Of a stretch of DNA of 34,794 nt, positions 22,984 to 33,921 are shown piece by piece. Source of the DNA: Ionaspis alba. Its lineage: Eukaryota. Both the position numbers and the translations under genes were made by a program. The stretch lies in assembly GCA_964255285.1 (NCBI GenBank), contig CAXUUL010000083.1, forward strand, positions 1 to 34,794, in the 5' to 3' direction. Under the pieces are notes generated by a model. It was given only the letters and a program-made list of their open reading frames with translations, ran no database searches and was not told where the DNA came from. The first letter of the stretch is position 1, and each line of letters opens with the position of its first letter.

Positions 22984-24808
22984 ATGCGTGCATCACATAT
23001 ATACTTTGACGTTCGAGTATCGAGCATCGCAAGTGTCGTCTGCCTTCTGACCGATTTGACGCTAGCTCAACCATGGGCTCAAATCGCGGTTCGAGATATC
23101 ATAATTCTGGGACCACAGCTCTCACCTGATATCACAGACGTGTCCCGCGACGGGGGTTACTCTGTACTGGTCAATGGGAACATAATCTGGCTTTACGACG
23201 ACACCGAGTGTAGGAGTTATGCTGGTGATCAGCTGTCCTTCACCTCCAACACCGTCGCCACCTCCGATGCCACCAAGAACATCTCATTCGTGAAAGACTA
23301 TGGTGTTGTCATGGTTGGCAAAGATGAGTATGGGAGAGATCAGTACGCTATCCTTGCAAACGAAACCGTAGGGACTGGTGGGTGGATTCCTTTTCAGCAA
23401 GACGAGCTCAGGTTCAACGACCGGATGAGTGGGAGAGAGCGGGTCGCAATATGTGAGGAACTCTACGCGCGCTTGTCTTGGATTGATTGACGCTGATTCA
23501 ATCGATATTCTTCTCAAGGGCCTGGCACGTCACCTACTCCGATTAGTACTTCACAAGCCTTCCTATATGCACCACTCGTGTATGTGGACAGTAGACCGCA
23601 AGATCCCGCAAAGGAGTACCAGGGCCGGGGAATGACATTGGTGACGATAGTCGCCCCGGACAAAGGCCCTGTTGCGGCCCGTCAAGGTGGTGGCCTCGTC
23701 ATACCAGGAAGCGAAGTCCCCTACGGTGGCTTTGCAAGTCTCCTTGGATTGTCGAGTAATGATGTAACATCAACGAGTAGCTCCGAATCTAGGGATATCT
23801 ACCTGCTCGGAGCCGCCTCAAACGGGCTTCAGCTCGCTCGTGTGAGCGTAGATGATATGACAGATTATACCAAGTTTGTGTACTTCAATCCTGATACTCT
23901 CGCGTTCTCTTACCAGCCCCCTGCACCCAACATTACGGATGTCAACAAGCTCTATGTGCCAGGAACCTTCACTTCTGGGAGTGTATTCTACAGTCAGTGA
24001 TTTTGAAGTGAACCATATCTCCGCTACGTAAGTTGACCATGACAGGCCCGTACTTCAAGACCTTCCTTATGGTCTGATTCAACCGGATGGTAGATTCTAC
24101 ATTTTACATTCGATACCTCGATCTGAGCAGGCCGCTGAGTAAGTCTTCAGCTCGTCACCAAAAGGCACCCATTTCTCATTATCGCAAGGTACCCACAGTA
24201 TCTGGACCAGAGGTGGCAAGAACGGAAGAGGCATCCAACAAGAAGATGCGGAGGCTCTGGTCAAGTATTCCTGGTCAGATCAGCAAATACTCTATGCTTC
24301 GGCTCCAGGAAGAGGAGGCTTCAACTACGCAGGCACGGTCCATCCGGCCTATTTCAATCGGCAGTTCTTTGCCACCAGCCTGTATTCCAAGGACACCCCC
24401 ATCGAGCAGCGCCGGAATGAATGGTATGGCTCCGACGTCATCTCGGAATCAGATGCAGGTGGAGATGGCCGCCACTTGCTACTCAGCTGGACGTCACAGT
24501 TGCAGGGAGGAAAAAACAACGGGATTTATCAAGTCTGGCTCGCCAAAGTGGAATTTGCTGATCCCACGGAGCCGCCAGACCCAAGCTCGACATCAAGAAT
24601 GGGACCTTCGACCCCGCAACAGACGGCGATGACAGGACCATCCAAGACTCCAGAAGATATGATACCGTGGGATTGGATCACAAACAACGGCGCGATGCTT
24701 GACTCGCTTTATGGCAAGAACAGACGCGACAACGCTGGCTACTGGATACTATTATGCAAAATTAGCGTCTTTGTTGTATTCGTGTTGCAAACACGCGTTT
24801 TCTTCTGA
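22984..24808 (+). CDS. Secreted/membrane-anchored conserved-looking fungal protein (DUF4185-like), interrupted by an in-frame TGA at 24075-24077; exons 22984-23452, 23519-23992, 24046 (or 24094)-24138, 24189-24808
   Basis: Weak signal-peptide-like N-terminus, motifs SRDGGYSV, WLYDDT, AIWPGTSPTP, GLQLARV, GGFNYAGTVHP and LLLSWT, a Ser/Thr/Pro linker and a hydrophobic C-terminus. Three introns join everything in one frame except for one TGA. The family assignment is from motif recall. It could be a pseudogene. Confidence 0.7.
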
Positions 24809-27102
24809 GGCTTGGATTTGGGGACGAGCATTATTGCAGCTCTGCGCACTGGTAAACATGATCAAAGAAGGTTTTCTCCCTACAAGTGGGAAGGGAAATG
24901 CTTGCGTTTGTACTTGTGACGTGGAGTTTCTCTGAAAGTGGTAAATGTCATATCAAGACTGCTACAGAGCACACTAGGTACGAAGAAGCTGGTGCTACTA
25001 GGATGTCCTGTCTGTAGTACAGAACGACCTTGTTGATTATACAATTTGTTGTATCAGCTGCGGCAAAACGACGGGTTCTCCTTTGCGTGCAGTAACGTGG
25101 TGTTCGAAATTCGGGAGAGTCTCAAATCATCCAAGGTAGGCGAAATCGAGATTAAGAGACATTCGAGGGTCTTCGCCGAGATGGGAAAGGGCAGCCCTCC
25201 AATAGATGCAACAAACACCCTCGTCAGTAGCATGGCGCACACGTTTACCTTGTAAGGACTGCCGGCATGGCAGAGTCTAGAACGGATTCAACATGCAGGA
25301 AATGTTCCGGTGTTGCTGATTGACACACTGTAAAAGAACGCGCACCTGGCACAGGTCGGGCAAAGCTCTGGAGAATGACGCAAGCCCGCAGTAGTTGGGG
25401 CGAGAGTCGATACTGCTGGTCTACGGAGTACGCTGGCACGGCTAGCTCAGTCCACTCTGTGCTTGTTTGCCTTGAGCTGGAGAGGAGCAGAACAATGCTG
25501 TCCCAAGAAGTAAAGGAAGATAACGAGATCTGGGAAGGCTTGAGGCTGTGCGTCAACAACCCATGCATCAACTTCCAGCTTGACAGGGGTCTTTTTTCGT
25601 TCTTAGCCATGTCAAGTACGAGGATGTACTGTAAGTTCAAAAAGGGACGGTTGTTGGCTGTATTGCCTTACAGCCTGGGGCAGGGGAGAGTACCACCACT
25701 ATTGTCTCCTCTTTAGCGTTGGACTCGAAAGCACAACAGGGCCGTTCCTTCGAATGTTCTGCTCGATGTGTGCAGCATGTATGGTATCCAGGGCATGTCT
25801 CAGCCACAGCAGCATTCGGCATTGTCTGTGGAGGCGGAAAGGACTAGATCTCAATCGGGAAGTGTTCCTCGGCACAACTCAGCCCCAATACCGTAGAGCA
25901 GATATCATTCCCGGATGCATCGACCTGTGTGTCGCAGTCGGAGACGGTGGAGGAGAGACCCAGAGAAGAACGGCACATGCAACCACTACCCGCGCTGCAG
26001 TCGTCAGTCCATGGTGTCATGTGAGAGGAAGGGCTGGATGTTGTAGGCATGACATCCAGGAGTGACGATTGATGAACTACGACGGCCATAGTCTAGGCTG
26101 AATGAGAGGACGGTTGAGTGCGAAGAAGCACAGAACCAGGGATACGATGCTGGCCTACACTGATGCTGGGCTAAGCTAGGCTGAGCTGCGCGCCCGGTGC
26201 TTTTGGAGTATGTCGGACTTTGATAAACACCAAACAACCATTGCGATAATACAACGGGCTGCGTAGGAATCAAACAACTGCATCTTGCTTCGAGAGCGAG
26301 AGGCCAGGATGGGGAGTCATGTAGGTTGTTCGAATATTGCTGCTCGCACACGAGTGATGTGTCACCACCTATCCGGGTCATCTTGAGTTGCGGGCAGCTT
26401 CTGGCACCTTACGCCGCATTCACCGAGCTGACCGCATACCTGTTAGTGAGAAGGTCCTCACACTCTCACTATGTGATCGCAGACATCCACGCAATTTGAT
26501 TGTGTTGGTGGTGGTGGTGTTCGCATGATGGTGTGACGTTTGGCCATATCGTTGGTAAGAACGAGGACAGGACAGCCACACTGGAGGCGTCGGCTGATTG
26601 GCCCCAGCGGTTGCTGTCAGTTGCTGTCAGGCATATTAGGCTTCCATACGGCGGGTGAGGCTTCTACGAGGCGGGCAGCCAGTAGGTAGGTCTGCATATA
26701 ACGACTAAGCTTTCCACTCCTCCATTGATCTCCATTATTATCGTCGATCCGCACAGTAGTCCTCTTCACATTCTGGTTGGTCCAGACTCGTGAGTCGTGT
26801 TCAATCTTTGTTTCCAATCCTTCCTTCTGTTTACTTTGCCCGTCATCTTCCTCGGGTGTAGCAATACTCGGCTACAGTCGCGTAGAATCTACGACTACAA
26901 CCAGAACCAGGAACTTCCAAAGAAAGCTCATCAGACCCAGGCTCCCATTTGAGCGTCATGAGTGCTTGAGCTCTCCATGCCTTTCTTCAACACCTTTCCA
27001 CTGTTGGGGCGCTTATTGAGCATTATCAACGACCCGGGATAGGCCAGTATCCTACAACATCTTTGACTGAGGCTTGAGGTGTCCCGAACCCCTTGAGTCT
27101 CG

Positions 27103-28197
27103 ATGTGCAACATCGACGAGTGGAGACTCGTTTCCCCAGACGGTTCCCATGAAGGCGCTCGAGAATTTCGGCCTTGTCGTCGTAGTATCGCAAATGAGCC
27201 TTGCGATCAGATAGTCCGTCGCCGGCGGCCAGATCAGCTTGTTCCTTTTTCTACATCTCCAGCTCCGCCAACACATCCTTTTCCACATCCTGCGGCCCAT
27301 TTGTCGCCCCAATTTCGGGTGATCCAGCCGGGGCGTGGCGCTCGGAGAGTTGTCGACATCGAGTCACGACGGGAGAGAGCTGAACCAGGCGGTACATGGC
27401 GGCTCTTCAGCTGGCTTAATCCTTTCTCGTCCAGAAGAAGGAGAAGGAAGCCGAGGACACCATTGGTTGATGTTCGTCCGCCGGTCACGTATCTAGTCGG
27501 TGAGCCCTATCCACCAACTCCTGGTCAACCACATCCGGCAAGACCGCCACCAGGACCACCATCCCACGGCGATCCAGGGTTGCAAACCTCTCCCCGTCCA
27601 ACTAGCCGCCCGAGTGAGCCTAGAACCTCAGTTTCACACCGGAGCTATCGGGTGCGTGTTGGCCAACAACCTCCGGTCACCAGGGAGCATCAGCGACGGC
27701 CGCCTGATCGCACGCCCCGCCCTGTCCGTCGCAACCAATCGGACCAACGACACGAACAGATCAACGAGCGTCTCCGCCGGCTCGAAGCAGAGTGCCGGGA
27801 GGCGAGGCTTCTACGCCATCAACGGGAACAGCTGCGGACAGACATTCGAGAGGCACGAGTGCAACGGGATCTAGAGCTAGAAGAGAACAGAAGGTGGCGA
27901 GCACAGGAAGCGTCGCGGCTGCACTTTGAACAAGGTCGTAGGGAACGACATCGAAGGGACCGCCGTCGCACTGTTGAGCTTCATCAGCGAAGAGACGAGA
28001 CTTTCGGCATTCGAGGGGAACGAGTCCTCGCAGAAGACATGAGAGATGAACGTGCTCGTCAGGATAGGGAGAGGGTGGGCGTGAGGTGGGCGTCACGGCC
28101 GACAGTCGGCAGAGACCGAGGACGTCGCAATACCCATGCCGGGGAAGAAATTGTGTATAGTGACGAGCCAAGGAAGCGATTTGGGCGATGGTTCTGA
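27103..28197 (+). CDS. Hypothetical Arg/Pro-rich protein with a C-terminal charged coiled coil (364 aa, intronless)
   Basis: 1095-nt uninterrupted ORF with a modular composition: Cys-containing N-terminus, Pro-rich middle, R/E-rich helix. No recognised domain. Confidence 0.6.
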   Translation: MCNIDEWRLVSPDGSHEGAREFRPCRRSIANEPCDQIVRRRRPDQLVPFSTSPAPPTHPFPHPAAHLSPQFRVIQPGRGARRVVDIESRRERAEPGGTWRLFSWLNPFSSRRRRRKPRTPLVDVRPPVTYLVGEPYPPTPGQPHPARPPPGPPSHGDPGLQTSPRPTSRPSEPRTSVSHRSYRVRVGQQPPVTREHQRRPPDRTPRPVRRNQSDQRHEQINERLRRLEAECREARLLRHQREQLRTDIREARVQRDLELEENRRWRAQEASRLHFEQGRRERHRRDRRRTVELHQRRDETFGIRGERVLAEDMRDERARQDRERVGVRWASRPTVGRDRGRRNTHAGEEIVYSDEPRKRFGRWF

Positions 28198-29053
28198 GAT
28201 CGGTCGTTGCGAGAGCTGCTGAGATGGGACGCCGACGGCCGGATGTTCTCGAAGCAAGGCGGCTAATCCGCAACGAAGATGCTTGTTCCCGGTGCAATTC
28301 TTGCTTAGTATCTAGTCTGGCACAAGGGAAAGGCGTACGAAAGGTGTGCAGCGAACGGCGGTTGACTGGAGGCTACTCTGAAGTATCGTTGTTTTGGGAG
28401 CTTTGTCGGCTTCGAGAGCCGTTGGTTTGTCAGGTGTGCTCGAGGCTCGTTGGCGTTGTTGGCGTTTGTTCTGTGGTGGCGCTTCTAGATCGTAGATCGT
28501 GCATCTCAATTAGGAATCTTCCCCCTCCACCACTTTGCCACCTTATCAATGCTGCCTCACTCGTTCATTCTACCATAACAACATTAGATGATCCCTATAT
28601 TTCCCTTGGGGCAGAAGCTCTTCACGTCGTCTGGGCTTCTACACTACAAAGATGGAGGTTTTACGACAATGGTGAAGCATCTTTTACATTCAGACTTGAA
28701 CATTCACTCGATTTATGCTGAACTTCCTAATTCACTGCCTTTATGCTTTTATCTTGTCTCGAGCTTCATGCCAGCTCGTATCGGATACTCTGCTAGGCTA
28801 CTACGGACCTATACGATTCCTACTTATCCCCGAGCCAGAATCATGATCGACAAATCTTGATTGGCCTTTATTCATTGGATACACTTCCAGCTGGGCTAGC
28901 TTATGTTGACCTACAATGATGCCTCTTTCGACCTCTAAAGACACAAACTTCAATCAGTCAAAGCTCCAACTTTGCGAGAGCTGGAGGATCTTGCGGCTGG
29001 AGGAAACCAAGATTGAACTTCTCTAAGTCGATCAATCAACGGCTCCTTACAAA

Positions 29054-30040
29054 ATGCGTACGACTCCAGATCACGACGGCACGCCACGAAGGTCGGGTGC
29101 AGTGGGGCCAGAGGGTTCTCCGCCTCGGAGTCTTCCTGCCGCTCCTCGACCGTCCGAGGACTCGGGTATGACCGTCGACCATGCGGATTCGCCGATCGAT
29201 GATATGGAAGCTTTGCCTGAGGATGCGAAACTCGATGTCTTCGACCTGAAGCCACTCGTCGCCTTGAAGATGCTTTGCTCCTCGGTTGAGGATCTTGTCA
29301 GTATCACAGGCGATGTTCCCCCTACTCCGCCAGTGAGCCTCCCTAACACACCGATCGCGCCCAGCAGAAATTCGGAGAATGAAGAGACGACTGCTTCAGG
29401 CGCACACGCGGACCACGATCAGGAGTTCGAAGACAAAGATGTGCCAGCCAAATCCAAGACTCCTATAGGGTCTCCCGAAGCACATCCTACCGAGCCACTC
29501 CATATCATCGGATCCAATATGGAACCACTCTACGTTCAGCACGGTGCCATCACCCGCAAGTTCTACTCGAAAAAGCCGCCACCAATCCCGCTGGAAGAGT
29601 ATCTTCTCCGCCTGCATCGCTATTGCCCCATGTCCACGGCTGTGTACCTCGCCACAGCACTCTATGTCCACCGCCTCGCGGTCGTAGAGCGCATCATTCC
29701 TGTCACGGCGCGTAATGTACACCGTCTGCTCTTGGCCGGCCTTCGTGTTGCCATGAAAGCCCTAGAGGATCTGAGCTATCCTCACCGCCGCTTCGCCAAG
29801 GTCGGAGGTGTCAGCGAGTCGGAATTGGGCAAACTGGAGATCAGTTTTTGTTTCTTGACAGACTTCGAGCTTCGGGTGAGCCGGGAAATGCTGCATGACC
29901 AGGCAGTAGCCATGCAAGCACCTAAATTCTACGGCTTACCTCCAAGCTTTCATCCCGCCTTGCCCCTTAGAGCTATTACTCCGGCCCACGCAGCTGGGTT
30001 GGACACCAAGCCGGAAATCAGTGCCTCAGCGGTCGGTTGA
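29054..30040 (+). CDS. Pho80/PCL-family cyclin (Pho85 partner, Pcl6/7-like)
   Basis: Cyclin box FYSKKPPPIPLEEYLLRLHRYCPMSTAVYLA...NVHRLLLAGLRVAMKALED...FAKVGGVSESELGKLEISFCFLTDFEL. Confidence 0.92.
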   Translation: MRTTPDHDGTPRRSGAVGPEGSPPRSLPAAPRPSEDSGMTVDHADSPIDDMEALPEDAKLDVFDLKPLVALKMLCSSVEDLVSITGDVPPTPPVSLPNTPIAPSRNSENEETTASGAHADHDQEFEDKDVPAKSKTPIGSPEAHPTEPLHIIGSNMEPLYVQHGAITRKFYSKKPPPIPLEEYLLRLHRYCPMSTAVYLATALYVHRLAVVERIIPVTARNVHRLLLAGLRVAMKALEDLSYPHRRFAKVGGVSESELGKLEISFCFLTDFELRVSREMLHDQAVAMQAPKFYGLPPSFHPALPLRAITPAHAAGLDTKPEISASAVG

Positions 30041-30545
30041 GATTACACGGCGGATTTGGTTTTTTGGTAACAACCACCGCGATCGAATTGCACGAGCTCC
30101 GGTGGACGCAGGTCACTATTGAGTTGATCGACCACGTAATAAAATCCGATGACGACCAGCACCCCAAACGATACGACCATCCCTGGCACCGGTCTATATG
30201 AGACCATTTCGATTGAGCTATCCGTGCAGAACAGCGACTGCATCATGAATGATTTAAGATACGGGGACGTTCCGTAATAGTTGGTGATGATTCCAATGAT
30301 TTCGAGATTTCTAGCGTCGAGGTCTACCTTTACACATGTAAATGCCACCGTACTCCTGGACCCTTATATCAAGGCATATGGGGAAGAGGGGCTATCCGCT
30401 TATATAGAATACACTGGTTCTTCTGCCTGGGTCCGGTATTGCCTCTGTGGCACGATCTAGCAGATTTCCAGAGCGGTCAGTAATGCTATCCAGTCGATGG
30501 AGCAGGCTAGTGCTTCCATTCACTGTTGCTTGCAAGACCGTCCTT

Positions 30546-32049
30546 TTAGCTGTTGATATACTTCTCCATCTCGTCAATGTCCTTTACCGCGGTTGTTAGG
30601 TTCACGTGACCACCACGCGTGATCAGTATGTTGTCTGTAATCAACAGTCAGCTTCTCTGGGCACCGAGGATCTCCAGCCTGTTGACGCACCCTCTATTCT
30701 GACTCCTCCGACGTCCCAGTATCTCTCCAAAACCCCTTGGTTAATGAAGCTGCTGTGGATAGGATCTTCCAAGTACGGCTCAATGATAAATCTGCAGAAG
30801 TAGATTCCTGGCTCGACCGTGATGACACTTCCAGCTGGTAAATATCCCCTAACCCGCAGATACCGGAACATCCTATCCTCATCCTTGTAATTTGGATGTC
30901 CACCAGTATCATGAGTGTCTGCCCCCAAGTAGTGCCCCAAACCATGGGGAAAGAAGGCTACGCTGGTCCTCTTGTCGAAGATCTCCTTCTTATCTCCAAC
31001 CAGAATTCCGATCTTTAGTAAGCCCTCGATGGCAATCTCGTGAGCTCGAGCATGAACATCATCCCATAGCACCCCCTCCTTCAGCATGTCTATGCAAAGC
31101 TCCTGCATCTTCAGCACTAGATCGTAGATCGCTCGACTCTCCAGGTCAAATTTGCCATTGATGGGAAAGGTCCGCGTAATATCAGAGGCGTAACAGCAGT
31201 ATTCGCCGCCAGCATCCAGCAATAGATTCTTCTTGCCTTTTAGTGCTTGATCATTCTTCTGGTAGTGCAGGGTTGCTGCGCTGGTCCCTGAGGCAACAAT
31301 ACTATGATAAGCCTGTTCGCGACAACCGTTCGCGATGCATCGCTCGAGGAAGATAGCTTCGAGCTCCCTCTCGTTGGTGGCACGCTTGACCGCTCGAAGG
31401 ACAGTGGTGTGAGCGATCGTCGAGACGGCGTTGGCTTGCCGTATCAAAGCGACCTCATAGTCGTCTTTGACTACCCTGCATTCCTCGATAGCTTCTTTCA
31501 GGAGGGTAAGGTCCTTGGCCCCAAAGTTGAGGAAGGTAATGTGGTCGGAGACTTGGTCGGCGATTGCCCAGATGTTGTTATTAGGAGAGGCAGCAAGGGC
31601 TGCACTCACCTCTGTCGAGGACCGTACGTCGTCGACGTCGTAGAGCTTTAGAGCTTCGGCCGGCGAGAGGGGCAGACCGCTCCAGATGACGTTGTCAGGG
31701 TCGATTGGCGGGATGAAGAGGGTGAGATAGGCGGTCTCGATATCGTAGGTCAGATAGCAATCCGGGATGGCGCATCCAGAGAAGTAGAAGAAGTGACGTC
31801 GTTGTCTATCCTTCCATTAGCACAGCCATTGTTTTGCTGGTGTTCCAGCTGTTCGAGTGTGGCAGCTGGATACCTGAATGGGACCGGTTCGTCATTGTCC
31901 TCTATCATGCGGGTCTTCTGCCCCTCCAGATAGATGACACCACCAGAGCCTGTGGGGTTCTTGCCCTTGATGTATGCGGCCACTTTGGCAGCATGGGCCT
32001 TTGCTGGATACTTGCTGCGGAGTGTTTCCGCTGTTTGATCCATCTTCAT
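30546..32049 (-). CDS. pepP: Xaa-Pro aminopeptidase/prolidase (M24B); exons 32049-31874, 31805-30691, 30634-30546
   Basis: Motifs KYPAKAHA and [12 protein letters not shown], with metal ligands in [41 protein letters not shown] and GGVRIEDNILIT. Confidence 0.94.
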
Positions 32050-32304
32050 TGCGGATAGGAGTGACGTCGGAAGTTTTAACGGGATAGGAACTTCGGCGGG
32101 CGCAGTCGTCTTATCGATTTATCGTAGCGGAGTCGGCTCAAGCTGGGAGGCATACGTTTCACATCAAAATGGACAATTCTGCTGCCAGGACATAGGACAG
32201 TGAGGTTTACAGATCGCTGACGCCCTAAGCTAAGCAGGTTCGCTATGCTAAAGCACATGCAATAATTCGCTTTCATTGCAGCACAGACCCCGCTGACTGG
32301 CTTC

Positions 32305-33921
32305 CTAATGACCTCCTTCTACAGCGCCACCTGTAGTTTGAGAAGCTTCCGTGATGTTGGGAAAATAATAAGTAGTGACAGCAATGATAATATAGATCAG
32401 GATACATAGAGCCCCTTCGAGGTAGTTCGATTTTCCGTCACGGAGGAAGTTGCCCACAACGATGATGGCCAGAATGAGGAGGGTTGCTTGGAAGACTTCA
32501 AAATTCAGGTTCTACACAGTAGCGTTAGCGGACCAGGACGATTCATGACCGACAGAGATAGCTTATGCCTACCATGTTTTTGCCTAAGCCCCAACCCACG
32601 ATAACAACTAGGGAAGAGTTGAGGAGGGCTGTCTGCAATGTGGCACCCAGAACATGAGCGAGCGCAAAATTCATCTGCACCGGGTCAGTCAGGGTCATAA
32701 TAGTCCAATGGCTCATAGGCAGACACACCTGGTTGTCCCATGCTTCATCGATTGCGGTCAGATGCTCGGCGAACTTCTCGACAAGTGGCACGAGTATCAA
32801 GCCCATGAACATATCACTAATATTGGACTCCTCTATGATCGGTTCGATTTCTTGCACTATATCGACTTATCAGCGTCATGATAGACAATGTCGACGAAGA
32901 AGATCTACCGAGGAAGATGGCATGCAGAGACACCAAGGTAAGGGCAATAACCAAGGCAATGAGACATTCGGTAAACGTCAACTTGAGCTTGGCAAGATCG
33001 CGGTGGCGGTCCATGTCTTTTTGCTCGTCCTTCTCCAGCACGGAGTCGTATAGTCCGTGGTGTGTCCGCATCTGGAAAAAGACGTAACTACCAGGGATTA
33101 GCCCGCTTGCACCTTTCATGGCGACAAAGTTGTTCGTGTGCAGGAAGAGACGCATCAAGGGCTACATACACAAGGAACGCCACCAATAGGATCACAGCTG
33201 TCGCTCTTGAGACCTGGAGCACCAATGATTTGAGCACCTCGGCCGATACGCGATTGCCAACGCCAATGGTGAAAGCACAGGGGATGGCCAGGCCAAACGC
33301 AGCAGTGAGGAGCAAACCACTCCCGACTTCGCTGATCGCTCCGTCAAACTCCTGTTCGTCCATGCGCATCCCACCAACGAAGAAGCAGAACCCCAGACAC
33401 AGAAGAAGGTTGGCGAGGATCGACCCCAAAATGGCTGCTTGGATGACGGGAATCAAGCGATCGTTGGCACTGTCGTTCAAGGCTAATAAGACCATGAAGA
33501 GGATGATCTCGACGATGCTGCCCAGAAAGGTTTCCAGGAGCACGCCGAAGACTTTGGGTAACTTTCTGGCCAACTCCTGCCCAGCGAAGCCGATGAGATT
33601 GGCGGTCGGAATCATGGCCAGGTAGTTGAGGGTGAAGACGGCGGTGGCATGGGAGTCGGGCCAGATAAAATGCACGGCGATGGCGGCTGGGACGAACGGC
33701 CAGAGGATGTTGACGAATTTGGAGGCGGTGGAAGTGCTCTTGAAGCAAACCTTAAGGAACAACCACGGGTGAATCCCTCTTCTACCACTTTCGCCGTCGG
33801 GATGGATGCCTTTGGTGACCTTGTGTCCATTATGGTTGTAGCGGTGACCGTTGTGCTCCGTGTTTCTCAATTCGTTCATCTCGACATCTTGGGGTTTGTG
33901 CCGATTATGTAGACGGTCCAT
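32305..33921 (-). CDS. CAX/Vcx1-family cation(Ca2+)/H+ exchanger with divergent alpha-repeats; exons 33921-33170, 33087-32909, 32856-32729, 32674-32573, 32511-32305
   Basis: Multi-pass membrane protein with GESGRRGIHP, QAAILGSILANLLLCLG, YVFFQMRTHH, FMGLILVPLVEKFAEH and DGKSNYLEGALC. Four GT-AG introns keep the frame. Confidence 0.9.

Noticed and set aside
24075..24077. Selenocysteine decoding of the in-frame TGA
   Set aside because: Sec machinery is not known in Dikarya, the context is not a redox motif, and no SECIS was recognised.
32076..32153. Arg-rich upstream peptide (MPPSLSRLR...) as a mitochondrial presequence for pepP
   Set aside because: It is out of frame with the pepP ATG and ends in TAA, and I found no convincing intron to join them.
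1044..33912. Numerous antisense/overlapping ORFs in the supplied track (e.g. 7885-8412, 11878-12399, 27761-28297, 33062-33625)
   Set aside because: They are shadows of real genes on the opposite strand or frame and show no independent motifs.
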